Source: a virus (Duplodnaviria > Heunggongvirae > Uroviricota > Caudoviricetes). Taken from it: a stretch of 5,904 bases of DNA. The DNA lies in the IMG/VR virus record IMGVR_UViG_2645728048_000011. The stretch is one strand, 5' to 3'. Both the position numbers and the translations under genes were made by a program. This document shows positions 4,935-5,904 of this stretch, piece by piece (positions within the stretch are counted from its first letter, which is position 1; each line of letters starts with the position of its first letter). The notes below the pieces were generated by a model. The model was given only the letters and a program-made list of their open reading frames with translations, was not told the DNA's origin and did no database searches.

Positions 4935-5904
4935 TCAGGCCAGCACGCCAATTGCCAGCGCACGATCGATAAAACGAAATATCAGCTCCAGCTGGGAGCC
5001 ATACTTCTCTTCAAATGCCACGGTATCCGCATGCAGCTCGTCGTGATGCTTTCTGCACAAAGGCAACACAAAAAGGTCATGCGCTTTTGTTCCCATTCCA
5101 CCCTGACCGTGACCTATCAGGTGGTGGGGATCATCAGCGGGCTTTCCACAACATGCACACGGCTGTGTCTTAACCCAGCGCGTGTACTTTTCATTAACCC
5201 AGCGGCGACGTTTTGGGCGTAACATAAAAGACTCCGGCGACTCCGGATCCACTTTCAGCGCCAGCACCTTTTTCGCCTTATCCTGGATGATGCTGGTGGC
5301 AGGAACCGAAGGCACAAGGTCACTTTCCCGGGTAACAGACGGCACAACAGGCTTCGGTAATCTCAGTGCCTTACGGGCTGCACTTTCCGGTAAGGCATCC
5401 GCCAGATCATTACGAATCAGCCACCAGCACAGTTCCGGCATTGTCACAACGTGACTGTCATCAAAACCGAGATCCCGACGCACAACAGACAACACCCAGC
5501 GGGCACAGTTATCCGTTGCCATTGATTCCAGCCGTTCCGTGAACTGATCGCGCAGCTGGTTATCGCAGTGCCAGCACAGACGGATTGCACCCGGAGCGTG
5601 TCGCATTGTGGTCATGTTCTCGCTGTGCCAGTCGGAATGAGGCCACTGGCAGCCTTTTTCACGAAGTAACCAGCTTTCAAGACATTCCACGCCACCAGCA
5701 CGACGGATCACTGCCTCATTGCGGAACACGGCCCGAACGGCAGGATCATCCGCCAGCGGTTGTGATGCCGCCGGAACGGCACCACTGGCGAAAGATGAAT
5801 AACGCTCCGGCTCAGGCTCCAGCAGGACACGCCCCTGCATAAACAGGGGCATCAGCTCTGAACCTGGCCTGAACAATACGATCCCCATACGCGGGGCAAT
5901 TTCA
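4935..5904 (-). CDS. DUF968-like (YdfU-family) phage protein with Cys/His-rich HNH-like motifs; 5' end probably beyond window
   Basis: The frame stays open from the window edge (no in-frame stop between 5904 and the first Met at 5888), and no SD precedes that Met. C-terminal region has CWHCDNQ and [21 protein letters not shown]...CRKHHDELH motifs. Stop TGA at 4937..4935, 17 nt before the Q start. Same gene order as ydfU-Q in Qin-type prophages. Confidence 0.65.
   Translation of the reverse strand, partial: EIAPRMGIVLFRPGSELMPLFMQGRVLLEPEPERYSSFASGAVPAASQPLADDPAVRAVFRNEAVIRRAGGVECLESWLLREKGCQWPHSDWHSENMTTMRHAPGAIRLCWHCDNQLRDQFTERLESMATDNCARWVLSVVRRDLGFDDSHVVTMPELCWWLIRNDLADALPESAARKALRLPKPVVPSVTRESDLVPSVPATSIIQDKAKKVLALKVDPESPESFMLRPKRRRWVNEKYTRWVKTQPCACCGKPADDPHHLIGHGQGGMGTKAHDLFVLPLCRKHHDELHADTVAFEEKYGSQLELIFRFIDRALAIGVLA

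Noticed and set aside
4861-5842. Plus-strand ORFs 4861..5046, 4869..5222, 5182..5454, 5585..5842
   Set aside because: Antisense to the Q and DUF968-like genes; no start signals or domain signatures.
1-5904. CRISPR array, integrase/att sites, or IS elements
   Set aside because: No regularly spaced repeats, no transposase/integrase-like ORFs, and no terminal inverted repeats were seen. The window looks like internal prophage sequence.

Overview
This window is the late-gene/cos junction of a lambdoid (phage 21/82-type) enterobacterial prophage, with almost every gene on the minus strand. Reading right to left: a DUF968-like protein (5' end off-window), a Q-family late antiterminator, an accessory 'moron' interval, a pinholin (S21-type), a SAR endolysin (R21-type), the Rz/Rz1 spanins, a KilA-N-like fragment, a lambda-like cos site, and the start of a Nu1-like terminase small subunit that runs off the left edge. 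The Q-to-S interval is the accessory part: an AT-rich lipoprotein gene on the plus strand with its own promoter-like signals, a small winged-helix-like ORF, and a beta-class N6/N4 DNA methyltransferase followed by its own intrinsic terminator. All calls rest on reading the sequence and on recalled family signatures (lambda cos and Rz/Rz1, phage 21 S/R, DLP12 QuuD, YhdJ-type methyltransferases); no database search was run.
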